From Callorhinchus milii (taxonomy: Eukaryota), in contig NW_024704742.1 in NCBI RefSeq assembly GCF_018977255.1, positions 48,424,001 to 48,488,000 on the forward strand: a stretch of 64,000 nucleotides of DNA, in the 5' to 3' direction. This document shows, one piece after another, positions 1 to 12,989 of the stretch. Below the pieces are notes generated by a model that was not told the DNA's origin, made no database searches, and saw nothing but the letters and a program-made list of their open reading frames with translations. Position 1 is the stretch's first letter. Each line of letters opens with the position of its first letter. The position numbers and the translations under genes were made by a program.

Positions 1-384
1 GAGTAATATTATTCGTGATTAACGTTGATCTCCTGACATTCACAGTAAAAGGATTTTCTCTTGATGTCCTGGCCAACAATTCCCCAAACAGAAAATTGAT
101 CATTCACTTCATAGTTGATTGTGGACATTGCTGTGTACCAATTGGCTGCTGTGCTTACCTACAAAAAAGTACACTGAATCCTGTGAATCACAGAGTAATA
201 AAGCTCTGTTGAATATGCCCTAGGATGCAAGAATTATTATTAATCACTCAGAATATTGTTCAGGCATTTAAAAGTTTTGATAGCATTTTATGAACTTGTA
301 CACTGAGGAGTATAAAGCCTGCTTACATTAATAATCCTAGGAAAAGATGAATTTTGCAGAAACTCCTGGATTTCGACGTTTATA

Positions 385-662
385 ATAATATAATAATAAT
401 CCTTGCATTTGATATAGTGCTTTTCGCATCTTCTAGATGTCACAGTACTGCAAAGTGAATTGACTGTATATTTGTGGGCGAAACACAGCAGCTAATTGTC
501 TATAGCAGTGTCCCCGTGGATTGAAGCGACCAATTTTATTATTGGCTTTTTTTTGAGGGATTATTATCAGGCATGTGGAGTAAGGAAATTTGCCTAAGGT
601 TTCACCCTGCCTGGGAACGAACCCAGGTCTCTCGCTTGCGTGGCGAGTGGTCTAACCACTGA
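385..662 (-). mobile_element. tRNA-headed SINE with L2-type tail, lacking about 11 nt of its 5' end
   Basis: (TAA)n-tccttgcatttgatatag tail and ...tctaaccactga head; same family as 2393-2709. Confidence 0.9.
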
Positions 663-1138
663 ATTTAAGATCCTCATCCTCACCTACAAGGCTATTCACA
701 GCCTTGCTCCCTCCTACCTCTCCGACCTACTATCCCCCTACCTACCTGCCCGTACCCTCCGTTCCTCTGGCTCCGGTCTGCTCCACATCCCCCGCCCCAA
801 CTGCCCTATCATCGGTGGCCGGGCCTTCAGCCTCTCAGCCCCGAGGCTCTGGAACTCCATCCCCCAGTGCCTTCGCCGCCTCCTCCCTTTCCTCCTTCAA
901 GGCCGGTCTCAAGACCTTTCTCTTTGACCGTGCCTTCAGCTCCCCTCTCAACTCTCTACCCCCTCCTCGCTCCCTCCCTTCCCTCCCCTCACTCTGACCA
1001 TTTCCCCCCTCCTCGCTCCCTCCCTTCCCTCCCCTCACTCTGACCATTTCCCCCCTGCTCGGGTCCTGAACTGTCCAGCGCCTTGGGACGTCCTCCCAAC
1101 GTGAAAGGCGCTCTATAAATGAAATGTTGTTGTTGTTG
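661..1138 (+). mobile_element. Young L2 3' fragment
   Basis: Encodes [19 protein letters not shown]...[12 protein letters not shown]; same duplicated UTR unit and (TTG)n tail as the 45-kb copy. Confidence 0.93.
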
Positions 1139-1632
1139 AGCAAAAGGACTTCTGCAGGACCAGCAGCATGCAAGCTATATCTATTTTTTAACAGTTCATA
1201 ATTTCTTTCCTGCTTGAGTATTCCTCTTCCCATCATCCAGCACCACAACAAGAGCAAGAAACAATACTTCAGTTACAGATTTAATCTCGCAAGAGGTCAA
1301 CTAATCAAATGGCTTGCTAGCTCAGCTCCCCTTCTCCAATATTGAAATATTAGAATAAAAGGAAGGAGCACTGTATTCCCTCCACGACCTGCTGCTTTTA
1401 TCTGAATGTTCTGATGCTGTTAAATTTCAGTGAGCACTGCCCTTTTGACTCCCTGCTATTATTAAACCAGGAGGGAAGCATTTTCCTCCATCCTAAAGCA
1501 CAAAACAATGCCCAATGTGGAGGAGATCTTCACACCATTGGGAGGTATGCTACAAGAGCACAGTCTGGTTTACCATGATTGTTGCACATTGTTTGCAGGT
1601 AAGGGAATATTCCTCTAAATAATGAATAATAC

Positions 1633-3080
1633 TCAACAACAAAATTACATTTGTAAAGCACTTTCACGTCAGGAGGACGTCCCGAGGCACTGACAGACAG
1701 AGTTACGGACCCGAGCTGAAGGTCGGGGTGAGAGAGAGGGGAGGGCGGGGGGGAAAGCAGGGAGATCGAAAGCACGGTCGAAGAGGAGGGTCTTGAAGAG
1801 GGCGAGAGAGGGGGTGAGACGAAGGGACTGCGGAATGAAGTTCCAGAGGGTGGGTGCAGAGTGGCAGAAAGCCCGCCCTCCGATAGTGGGGGTGAGCAAG
1901 ATGGGGGACGTGAAGTAGACCGGAGCCCACTGAGCAGAGGGAGCGAACAAGGTGGTAGGGGGTTAGGAGGTCGCAGAGGTAGGGGGGAGCAAGACTGGAG
2001 GGCTTTGAAGGTGAGGACCAGGATCTTGAACTATATCCTTTGTGTGATGGGAAGCCAGTGGAGTTGGGCAAGGATGGGAGTGATAGGGTTGCAGAGCATA
2101 GTGCAGGAGAGGATATGGGCTGCAGAGTTCTGGATGCTCTGCAGCCTATGGAGGGAAGAGTTGGGGAGGCCGACAAGCAATGAGTGCATAGTCGAGCCTC
2201 GATGTAATGAATTCGTATATGAGGGTTTCAGTGCCCTGCCGTGTGAGACAGTGTCGGAGCCGGGTGACGTTGCGGAGGTGGGGGAATACAGAGCGGGTCA
2301 TGCCGCAGATGTGGTATAGAAAGGATAGTTGAGGGTCAAACAAGACCCCAAGGTTCCGGACTGGCTTAGTGAGTTGGAGTGTACAACCATGGAGTCCTGT
2401 AGCTCAGTGGTTAGAGCACTCGCTTTGCAAGTGAGAGACCTGAGTTCAATTCCAGGCAGAGCGAAACCTTGGGCAAGTTTCCTTACTCCACACAGAGCCT
2501 AATAATAATCCCTCCAAAAAAAATACAATAATAAATTGGTCATTTTCAATCCATGACTGTTTGTGGGACATTGCTGTGCGCAATTGGCTGCCACGTTCGC
2601 CCACAAATATACAGTCAATTCACTTTACAGTATATTCTGTGAAGCGCTTCGGGACATCTAGAAGACGTGAAAAGTACTATATCAAATGCAAGGATTATTA
2701 TTATTATTATGGATGGTGATGCTGTCAGCGCCTGGGGTGAGGAGGCGCTGACCGGAGCCAATCAGGAGAACCTCGGTCTTGTCGACGTTCAACTGAAGAA
2801 AGATAATTCTCATCCAGGACTTGATGTCTGAGAGACATTCTGTCAGCACAGCAGTGGTCCTGGAGTCAATGGTGGAGGCAGAGAGGTAGAGTTGGGTGTC
2901 ATCCGCCTACATGTGGAAGTTGACCCCATGTCTGCGGATGATGTCACCAAGAGGGAGCATATAAATGTTGAAGAGAAGGGGACCAAGGACAGAGCCCTGA
3001 GGAACGCCGCACGAGATGGTCCGGGGCTTAGAGGAGAAACCGTTTGAGGAGATGAAGTGCAGGTGGAGTGAGACCCTATT
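1633..3080 (-). mobile_element. Older, frameshifted L2 fragment interrupted by a SINE
   Basis: RT and C-terminal L2 similarity spread over several frames (TSRLDYA, IGGRAFCHSAPTLWN); L2 tail at about 1633-1690. Confidence 0.88.
2393..2709 (+). mobile_element. Full-length tRNA-headed SINE inserted in an L2 relic
   Basis: GAGTCCTGTAGCTCAGTGGTTAGAGC (A box), GAGTTCAATTCC (B box), tail ATCAAATGCAAGGA(TTA)n. Confidence 0.93.
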
Positions 3081-3911
3081 GTCTGTAGGGTCTGGGGGAG
3101 AATCATGTTTTTCTTGTTGGTTATTGGCTCACACTGCTTGGCAATATTGAGGAACAAGTAGATTAACATCCCTAGATCTGTTCCAGCTTCTTCCTTGTTG
3201 AGTTCTATTCCTTCCAAGGAGTGATTACTATATGTTTTCCTACATAACTTGCAGTTACCATTGTTGAATTTAATTTACCAGTGATCTTCCCAGGTGCATA
3301 CCGCCATTAGCTTTCTGTAAGGTTTCACTGTCTCCTTAAACTGCACATACCCATTCCCCAGATTGGTATTACTAAATTTAAATGTTCTCATTGTCAGTGA
3401 CAGTAAGACTTTATAATGGTTTATTTTTACTTGGTTATCATCTCTTCAGCATGCTTGGAATTTTATCCTTGCTACACTGTCTTAATTATTAGAATGGGGA
3501 GGGAATTTCCAAAAGAAGTTTCCCTTCTCCCATATACAGCGGTTCAATTTGCTAAACTGGCAGTTGCCACTGGTAGAAAAACAATTCAACAAATAGGTTT
3601 AAAAAAAACTTAGGCTGCGGAAAATGTTTTGGCTATTGGTTTAAAATATTCTTCTCCCATCAATGCTTTTCTCTCTTGAAAGCATTTGACTCCCTTTGGT
3701 ACCTCACTTAAGTGGCATTATTGACTCTGTGAACCTTGACTTTAGTGCGTTTGTTAAAGCCACCCAACCCTGTTATCACCTGATAGTCACACAATCACAG
3801 AGTCAAGCAGGAATTTCCAGATAACAGGAACCCAGACTTTTTTCCCCTCTCTCCGCTCCAGATATCAGCCTGGCTCCATTGGTGGCAGTTGCTCCTCTTA
3901 AGTCCTCTAAA

Positions 3912-4220
3912 GAGTCCTGTAGCTCAGTGGTTAGAGCACTCGCCTCACGAGCGAGACACCTGGGTTCAATTCCAGGCAGGGTGAAACCTTGAGCAAGTTT
4001 CCTTACTCCACACGCCTAATAATAATCCCTCCAAAACAAAACAATAATAAATTGGTCACTTCAGTCCATGACTGTTTGTGGGACACTGCTGTGCGCAATT
4101 GGCTGCTGCGTTTCGCCCACAAATATACAGTCAATTCACTTGCCAGTCTATTCTGTGAAGCGCTTTGAGACGTCTCAAAGACGTGAAAAGCGCTATATCA
4201 AATGCATGGATTATTATTAT
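3912..4220 (+). mobile_element. Full-length tRNA-headed SINE nested in an older SINE
   Basis: Same head, body and tail; splits the head of an older Deu-type SINE (about 3865-4597). Confidence 0.92.
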
Positions 4221-4804
4221 AAATCAGAATGTTGTGGATTCAAGCCCCTGTTGGGACTTTGAACTCACAAGGTCTTGGTTACAGTGCTATGTTGTATTGC
4301 TGGAATAAAAGCATAAAAGTTCTTCAGAAGAGATATTGTGCTGAGGTCCTGTCTGCCTGTTCAGGTAGACATTAAAAATCCTGTACTAAAAAAGAAAAGA
4401 AAGTTTCTCCTGTGTCCTGGTCAACAGTCCCACGGATAAAATTAGTCATTCACTTAATGGCTATTTGTGGGACATTGCTATGCGCAAATGGGCTGCCCTG
4501 TTTGACAAAACACAGTAACTTTATAGTAAAACCTGTGAAGCGCTTTGAAGCGTTTACCTTGCGTGAAAGGCACCAAATCAACTGCAAGGATTATTTAACC
4601 CAAGAGCACTGAAACCAATTTTTGCCCCAGTTGTGATCATCTGACTTAATAGAGATTGGAATTTTAACTTATGATTTAGTGTGTATGATCCTCTTGCTGC
4701 TTTCATCTGTTTGGTCATTGAAGAGCTTATCATTTGTTTTCATATGAAAATAATGAATTTGATTGAACTAGTTCTGACCTGTAAAATTTTTATTGAATTT
4801 AAAG

Positions 4805-5422
4805 CGAGATTCCTCAGCAGTTGTGTCTGTAAAGGATGTTTTGGCTCGAGCTGCAGCTAAGGGTTTGCTGGATGGACCTGAACCAAACAAACCAAGGAAG
4901 AGAGAAGACAAGCGAAAAAAACCAAAAAGTCTCAACCAGAAGAAAGGATCTTTCAGTGGAACTCAGTCAAGGATTACAGATTTCATAAATGAACAAAAAA
5001 CAGTTGTTGCAAATGAAAACACTGCCATGGTCAAATCATACTCTGGTGAACAAACCACTGAGTTAAATTTGGACGCACAATCAGCCCAGCGAATATCTGT
5101 TCCTGCCTTACCCAGTCGCCCAAAGAAAAGTATTACAAGCATGACTTCAGTGAACAGATTGTCTGAGAGGAAGGCAAAAAGAGAGAACAAATTAGTGTTA
5201 AAGCCAGTTGAGATGTTGCTTCCTCCAGTTACAATACGCTACCTTGGTCCAACAGGAAGTCATACACGTAGTTTTGGTCAAACTTTTTTTTACCAGTACA
5301 ACGGACTAATTAGTCAACCACCGTTCCCATATTCACGTAATTCATTTATAACTTCCCTTGGTGTGAAAAGACAAAGAGATGTAGGTTCAGCGTCAAGGAG
5401 GCAGCCCCGCCCCTGGCTATAA
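4805..5422 (+). CDS. NSUN7: NSUN7 (NOP2/Sun RNA methyltransferase family member 7), last coding exon
   Basis: Acceptor tttaaag|CGAGAT at 4804/4805 (phase 0); open to TAA at 5420-5422. Translation RDSSAVVSVKDVLARAAAKGLLDG...LKPVEMLLPPV...RRQPRPWL matches the recalled vertebrate NSUN7 C-terminus (RDPSETVSVNDVLARAAAKGLLDG...LKPIKIVLPPV...RPPRRWL). Tail-to-tail position next to APBB2 fits human synteny. Confidence 0.93.
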   Translation, partial: RDSSAVVSVKDVLARAAAKGLLDGPEPNKPRKREDKRKKPKSLNQKKGSFSGTQSRITDFINEQKTVVANENTAMVKSYSGEQTTELNLDAQSAQRISVPALPSRPKKSITSMTSVNRLSERKAKRENKLVLKPVEMLLPPVTIRYLGPTGSHTRSFGQTFFYQYNGLISQPPFPYSRNSFITSLGVKRQRDVGSASRRQPRPWL

Positions 5423-5543
5423 ATGAAACAACATACTGAGCCAGAATATTTCATTTCAGATTTTCTGGGTTGTTTATATAAAATATTCAATATATGTTGC
5501 AGTACCTGTGGTTAGTAATGACATCCACAGATTTGCTGATAGC

Positions 5544-5549
5544 AATAAA
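5544..5549 (+). promoter_or_regulatory. Candidate polyadenylation signal for NSUN7
   Basis: AATAAA about 120 nt after the NSUN7 stop; use not demonstrated. Confidence 0.45.
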
Positions 5550-7009
5550 ACTATTTCAGAAATGTATGTGCGCAATTTTATCGATTGAAAACAGGTATCG
5601 TTAACCAAATGCCCACCATATGTTGGCAGCACAAATATATATAGATATTAATATATATAGTGTAGATACAAATATATATAAAAGACATCCTATAATAATT
5701 ACATTAGCAGCTGAAATGCAGTTAAATCGTAACCCAGAATGAACTGTATTTAAATTAGCATTTGTTTTAGCTGCTGATATTTGAATTAAGGTATACTGCA
5801 TATACTGTGGGAAAATGAGCCAGAAAAGAAAACAGTAATTATTTTCCATTAAATGAATTCAGGTCCAAACCATGTATAATTTCTGTCCTTTCTACATGAA
5901 ATGTGGGATTCATTATGCATTCCATGAGACTCTCGGACCTGAAAATGAAGGAGGAAAGGAGTTGTGTATAAAATAAGTGATTTATAACAGAAATGTTATA
6001 TTTACAGGCAAGTGTATATGTGCAGGAATTCCCCAACCCAAAAAAAAGAGATGGGACTAGGGAGAAATTCATCCCAACTGATTGAGAGGAGAATGTTAAG
6101 TGTGGAATGTACCCATATTCAGAATATAACTGCAACACCTAAAGTGAACTGATTTAACATCTTAACCTGTTTTACTCTACGTACTTTTAATTAACCAATA
6201 CAGTAACATTTCTCAGAATGCAGTTTTCACACATCCTCTGGAAGTGAACAGGGCCCTCTCAAGTGAATAAGTTGGTCATTAAAATCTGGCACACTAAACA
6301 AAATGGATCTCTGTCATTCAGTATTTAAAGAGAGAGTGGCATAATATACTCCAGATAATTTTTTCCCCTGTAATCAGTGATTCCAATAGTTGGATCAACT
6401 CCAGTGCAGTACGTGTTAACACCAGAAAAAACTATATGTTGTCTGCATATAAGATTATTTCTGTACCTGTCTTAACTCTTAACCACCTAAAAGATTGGAC
6501 AAAGAGACTAGTTCAAAAAAAGTAAGAGTGGCACTTTTTTACCCTGACATGACTTCACCAGTGGGTTCCTGAAACTCCATATGGGTGGATAATTTGTGTA
6601 AAGGGTGATCATAGCAAAAACTATCCACTTTGCAACTAATGCAACCATTAGTGTCTCATCCTAGAAATAGTTTCCTGTTTCACTTCCATCTGGAGTTGAC
6701 AGACCAGTTTTTTCCCTCCCTTCTCTACCTCCAAATGATTGTTTCAAGTAGCTTTTGAAGGTTTGCCTTTTGTGCACATAACTCAATATTTTAGATTTCA
6801 TTATAATAACACTGTGACCCATTTTCAGATAAACACAGGACGAAACATTCAACCTCCATATGCATGTCCATGTGAAGGCGAGGAGGTTGAGGGAAGGAGG
6901 TTTAAGGATGCAACCTCTATCTAAATAAGAACTTGTTTGAGACCAGAATGCAGCCAAATTGGGATTTAATAATTTCTGGAACATAACGTGTCCCTCATTC
7001 TTTCATCCT

Positions 7010-7650
7010 TTCCAGAACTAAACACTATAAAAGTCCAGGTATGCTTTAGTTGCCCTTTTTGCTATGTATCCTGTAATATCCTTGAATGTCTTGATCAACT
7101 CCATCAATGGGCTTCTGAGGCAGTCTGTTCCATATTTTCACAACTATGTAAATATTTTCTTTCAAAACTGCTATTATCAACTTAATTCTGATTTTAAGGT
7201 TATGTCTTTCTGAATATTTTAACTACAATGGAGTCATTCTCTATTTATTGTAAATTGCTAGTACCTGTAGTACCTTGCTAATTATTTTGAACATGTCAAT
7301 CAGATTACACCCTACCTCCTGATCTCCAATAAATATAACTCCAGTTTACTCGGTCTCAAATCATAGTATGTTCTTTCGTCCCAGATATCATCTTGTCAAA
7401 TCATTGCTGGACTTGCTCAAAGACTTGTATCTCCTTCCCCAGGTAGGTGTCTAAAAATGAAGACAATATTCCAAATAAAGTTCAGACTAATACAAATCCG
7501 CAGCAAAATTTCTTTGCTGTTATTTAACATTTGCCATAAAGTTTAACAGTCCATTTATTCTTTTTGATTGCTTTCTGCATGAGTGAACCTGGCTTTGAAA
7601 AACCTGTATACCTGGACCTCTACATCCCTTTGTTCATTCTATATCCATTT
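7010..7650 (-). mobile_element. Degraded CR1-like RT fragment
   Basis: Reverse-strand similarity to CR1 ORF2 3' half by eye; heavily diverged. Confidence 0.5.
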
Positions 7651-10600
7651 GGGTGGTTGGACACCTTTTTTGCATATGAATATGTTTTTACACTGAAGAT
7701 TTCTGTACTTTTCATTAGCACAAACCATGACTGAGGTATTTATTTACCACAAGTGACAAGCAGAATTCTATTTTGTTTTCTTTAGAAAAATGCTAGTGCT
7801 TAAGTCAGCTTTGCTTTAGTGAGTTGCACTGCAAAAAATAAATGTATGTACAATTTGAAAGCGACAATATAAGGTGTAGATTTTTACATGTGCCTCATCA
7901 CCAAACCACAACTACTTAATTTTGTTCTGAAGAATTCCTTTGAAGGTGGACAAATATAGATCCCGGGCAATATCACATTTAAATTCCCAGTCTGTTGCTA
8001 ATGATGTGGGGAATATTTTTTCAGTGCAGCGTTTGAATTTAGTGCCACTAAATGTGCATGTTACATAGCAAATTTAACAGGTTTCTGTTTATAAAAGTCT
8101 TTAGTAGTTTGGTGTTCTTACCTGATTTGTTGGAAAGTCTGAGCTTGAATAAGTCTGTTTATTTTATATATCTATGTTATTTGTGCACAGCATTTAATTT
8201 GCAATAAAACTATTAAATGTGCATGTTTCCCTTTGCAGTGTGTAGTCTGATTTAAAAAGAAAGCCATTTCTTTGTTTAAAGAGGCTAGACTACAAAAAGA
8301 TGAAATGTTGCAAGTGGATTTCTTCCCCACATTACTGTGCATTATGCAGAACATTTGACACAGAATTTCACTTGGAGAAAATTTAGTTTTATGGGTTTTA
8401 AGTTCCCAAGCTGTTTCAGCAGGTTTGAAGTCTACAAAGTATGATTTGAAACTATGGTGTTTTGCCTGCTCATCAAAACTTTATAACTACTGAAGTTCAA
8501 ATATAGATGGGTTTAAGTAACAGGTCAATAGAGAATGAAGATGTATTTACAAATAGCTTTTCACAAATGCTTCCAAAGTGAAATTAATAGACATTTGGGA
8601 AATGTACTTTTAAAATTTACTTTCAAATGGATGCATTGGGAGTTGTAAAAAGCTCAAACCTTTTCAGACATGAATATCTACACTAGTTTTTGATGCTATT
8701 TGGATGACAAATGCAGGGCAGTTACATGTATTTATTACCGAAGTAGTAATACATGCTTTCCATATGTAAATTGATGGAGTTGATGTGAGCCAGAGAAGCA
8801 ATGAAGAAGGGGATCAGAGTTCAGATTTCATTGGAGCAGGTGGTAACAGTGGCTTCCCTTTCATTGAATCCAGGACTTCAAAATCATTGTGGTATCATGT
8901 AAAAGGCATTAAATCCTTACGGTTCAGAAACTTGGGGGAGGGGGAAAGATGGAGAGAAGACGTCACTGCAGTGGCATTTTAGAACTGCCTTTTTACAATA
9001 CAGTAAGCACTCACTATTGCAATAGACTTGCATATTTTGCCGTTATCTTTATTAGAGGCATCCTGATTTCAAATCAGAAAATGGAACACTGGAAAAAATG
9101 GGCTGAATAGTGAATTGTCCTGATTTCCTGATGCGATCCCAAGGTGACGTTTAATATGTTTTGGAAACTTGGAAATGTTTTTAAGAATCCTTATTGCAAT
9201 GCACAATTATAGTAACACCATCACTCAGTCAGCAGCAGACCATTGGTCCATGTAGCCTACAATCCAATTTCCCAAATAATTTTGACACATCCATTTAATC
9301 CTTGAAATAACCTGAAGCTTCCATTTTTAAGATTTTGTCAAACTCCTTTATAGTAATATAATACAATATAAATTTATATAGCACCTTTCATGTTGAGAGG
9401 ATATCCAAGGTGCTAGTAACAGTTTTTACAGATAACTAAAAATATTTTTTATTTATTTGAATAGTGATGCCTTTAAAATTTGATAGGGAGGATGGAGTTA
9501 GAACAAAAGGCACATGTCGAATTTTGAAAACAAATCTTAATTCAGTGTAATTTGGGCCTTCACTAACAACTTTTAAGGAATGAGAAAATCAGCAACCCTA
9601 CTCCTCACAACTCTCCACTATCACGGTCTTCATTCACCCACTCTTTATCTCCCAGGGAAAAGCTCTGCTTAGTGTGTTCCTGAAACCCAAAGAGAATTGA
9701 GCAACAATTCCAGTGTATTCATTCACATTTACTCATTATTCATCTGGATTATTAATTGTTGGCACTTTTCATCAGACAGCATTCTCTCTCACTCTACCTT
9801 TTGGTTTAGAACATGTATTTTGCATTTAGAACATTCTTTCATCAAGATGGTTAACTGAGGTTTTTCTGGAGTAAATTCAACCCTACAAAAAAATGCCCAT
9901 GATTAAGTACATCGTTCATATAATTTAGTGAAATAATTGATGGGATTGAAAGATGTCGCCTAGTAAATAAAACATTTCGAAGTAACCACGAATGGAAAAT
10001 ATTGGTGGGGGAAAAGAGTGGATACCAACTTTTACTGTTCCTTCTGCAAATGTGCAGAAATCCAATCTGTTATGAGCCACATGGCTGATTTTGGAGGAAA
10101 GTGCTCCTGAGGTGAAATGAGGGAAGAGGAGCTTTGGTCTGTGTGAAATGCCATGTAAACACCAGCCAACAAAATGGAAATTGTTGGGGTTGACTGTCTG
10201 TACAATCCTCCCAGAGCCACAGCTCACATTATATACAATAATCAGCCATTGTGGTTGAGTTGCTCCTCCAACTCTTCCACATTTGCGCTGGCATAGGAAA
10301 TATTACAAAATATCTGCATTTTCCCATGTTAATTGTATCCTCATTCTTAAGTGAAATTTAATGTTTTACTAAATATAGACAGCTAGCCCAATTAGCACCC
10401 TGCTTACTTCCCGATTAGCTACATCGGAAGATTGGAGTGATAGATGCAGAAAGTCTGATCCCATCCATCACTAACTGTATCACATCTATTGAAGTGCAAC
10501 AGATGGCAGATATTCAGCATAGGAACATTAAGCAGGCGTGCTGCTCTACTTCAAACTTTAAAAAAAAGGAATACAAGCGTAATTTTAATTTTGTATAGGT

Positions 10601-12230
10601 CAGATTGCAAGCAGGATAACAGGAATAGACAAGGTACTCAGCAAAGTGCCAGGCCCTTTCCCACTGTTTATGTGACTCCTAACAACTAGTTACAGTGCTG
10701 AGAGACCCAGATAGAGAAGTCACAATGTTCTGGTGATGATAGTCAACCGAGACCAACAGAAATCCAATTGTATGTAATATAATCAAATTTCAACACACAA
10801 AGCAAAATGACAATCTTGCAGCTCTTTAAAACAACAGGGCAAATAAAATAATGGGCAACTTCTATTTTCCATCATAAAGTGTACGGCGTAGTTTGAAGTC
10901 AATTAATTTATTTAGCTAAAATGGAGTCAAAGGTGTGTTGCCCCATAACTATAAGGAGACTCTTGTGTGTTCAATTGTAAAATCAGAGGCAGAGTTAAAA
11001 ATACCATCCGTATATGTAGTTTATTCTCACAACAGATTACATTTACACGTGTAAAATAAGTGGGAAGCAGAAGAGAACAGCTATTGTCCTGTAAATCAGC
11101 TGCTGAATGTCCTTGTGTACAACTCTAACATAGATCATATTCTATAACAATAAGTGTACATAGTTCTCAGAGGATAGCAGAGAATCAAAAAAAAAATATA
11201 CTGTATATAAGCCGTCAAAGGCTTGCACAGCTCAGGCTTTTAGCAACATAGTCAATTTTAGACTATCAAACTGGATACAGGGCTATTGATATCAAGCTAC
11301 ATCTGAAATTTCAATTAATGTCTTGTCAACCAAATAACAGCTATTGGAATGCTGGACACAATTAGTTTACTAGAGTCCCAACCTGGATGCCGGGAAGGGG
11401 GGAAGGAGGAAAGAGGGAGCTTCTATATCTTGCTCTGTCTGTCCGGTGTGATATATTCGTGCTTATATTACCAGTGTTGCGCAAACATGACCTGGGACCA
11501 AATCAAGGACAAAGACTCAAGCTCAGAAGAGGAAAGGTGAACAGACCATTCAGATTTAATTTACACATGAGGATGGTGAATATGTGCAATAGGTTATGTC
11601 CTCTCATGATCTATTCACTGAAACAGGACTGGAGTTTAGAAGTCCGAGTACTATTGCTCACTCTTCTCTCTTTCAGCTCTCAAGAATATGTCTGGGGTAC
11701 AGCAGTCATATTATAATCGTTACTATGTCTATCATCGGAAGAAAGGAATGGTAAATATTTAAAATTTAGCCTTTGAAGCATTTACAATATTGGGGCCCAA
11801 TTCATGATATTCAAGAAAGGAATGGGGAAGCAATAATTGCCATTTTTGAAAGCTGCCTAAGTCTAGCAAGTGAAACGCCATCTACCAATAGGCTTCTGTT
11901 TGATTCACTGGCCTTTTTTTTCCCTTGCCCTTTGGCGCCTTTCAGAAATTGGTGATCCCTTTACCTCGCCTCCCATTTGACCTCTCAGGCTGACAGAGGA
12001 GGATCAGAATAACACATCCCATGCCTTTGGTGCAAATATTCTGAAATTAGATGCTGTTCCACTTATATTACCTTGTTTCAATGAGAAGGTTATGTGTTGT
12101 GCAAAACAGCGACAATACAAGATTAGTGAACACCAACTACTGTACATACTGTGTACACTGAAAATATTTTTGAAACCTTTTGAGTCCAAGGTAAACATTC
12201 CCGTTCGTCTTAATGTCCCCCTTACTTAAT

Positions 12231-12665
12231 AATATAATAATCCTTGAAATTAATATAATGCCTTATTACATCAAAACATCTCAAAGAGGGAAGGTAAACA
12301 GACAGTAATTACTGTTAAGGGTAGTGACTGTAATTGTAACAAACACAGCAGCCAATTTGCACACAGCAATGTCCCAGAAATAGCCAGGAGATGAATGACC
12401 AACTTAGCTGAATGAATGTTGGCCAGGATACCAGGAGAAACTCCCTTCTCTTTTTGAATAGAATAGGATCTATAACGTTCACATAAACAGGCAGATGGCA
12501 CCTCAATTTAATGTCTCATCCAAAGAACGGTACCTCTGACAATACAGCGCTCCCCAACACTGCAGTGGAGTGTCAACTACAACCTTAAAGTACCTCACAT
12601 GGGACTTGAACCCACAACCTTCTGACGCAGAAGAGTGCTACCAGCTGAGCCAGACTGACACCAGT
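12231..12665 (-). mobile_element. Older tRNA-headed SINE with Deu-domain-like core and L2-type tail
   Basis: Minus strand: tggctcagctggtagcactc...gggttcaagtccc head, then gaggtaccgttctttggatgagacattaaa..gaggt, resembling the recalled Deu domain of AmnSINE1/SacSINE1. Confidence 0.75.
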
Positions 12666-12989
12666 CGAACATTTTTACAGACAATTATTCCAATAGGTCA
12701 AAGGGGGAATTGTTCAGGAGCAAATTGATAACGCACAGTACATATCTGAAACATAACAAATCCTATTTAAACTGGCTGTAACACAACAGTACTTTGGCTC
12801 ATTGATATTATAGTATGAATTTTCCCCCTCACACAATATTGTTTGAATAGCCTTCAAATCAGACTACAGCGATTTAGACATTAATTAACACTAGCTACAC
12901 TGTGAGAATCTACAGTAAAACATAATGGAACATAATTACCAGGGATATTTCAATATAAAATACAATAAATAAAATAAAAATATTAATAT

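Noticed and set aside
2393..2465. tRNA genes at SINE heads
   Set aside because: A/B boxes continue into a SINE body and tail in many dispersed copies; no proper acceptor stem or terminator.
4793..4804. TTG start of the 209-aa ORF as a standalone gene
   Set aside because: Intronic; homology starts at the splice acceptor at 4805.
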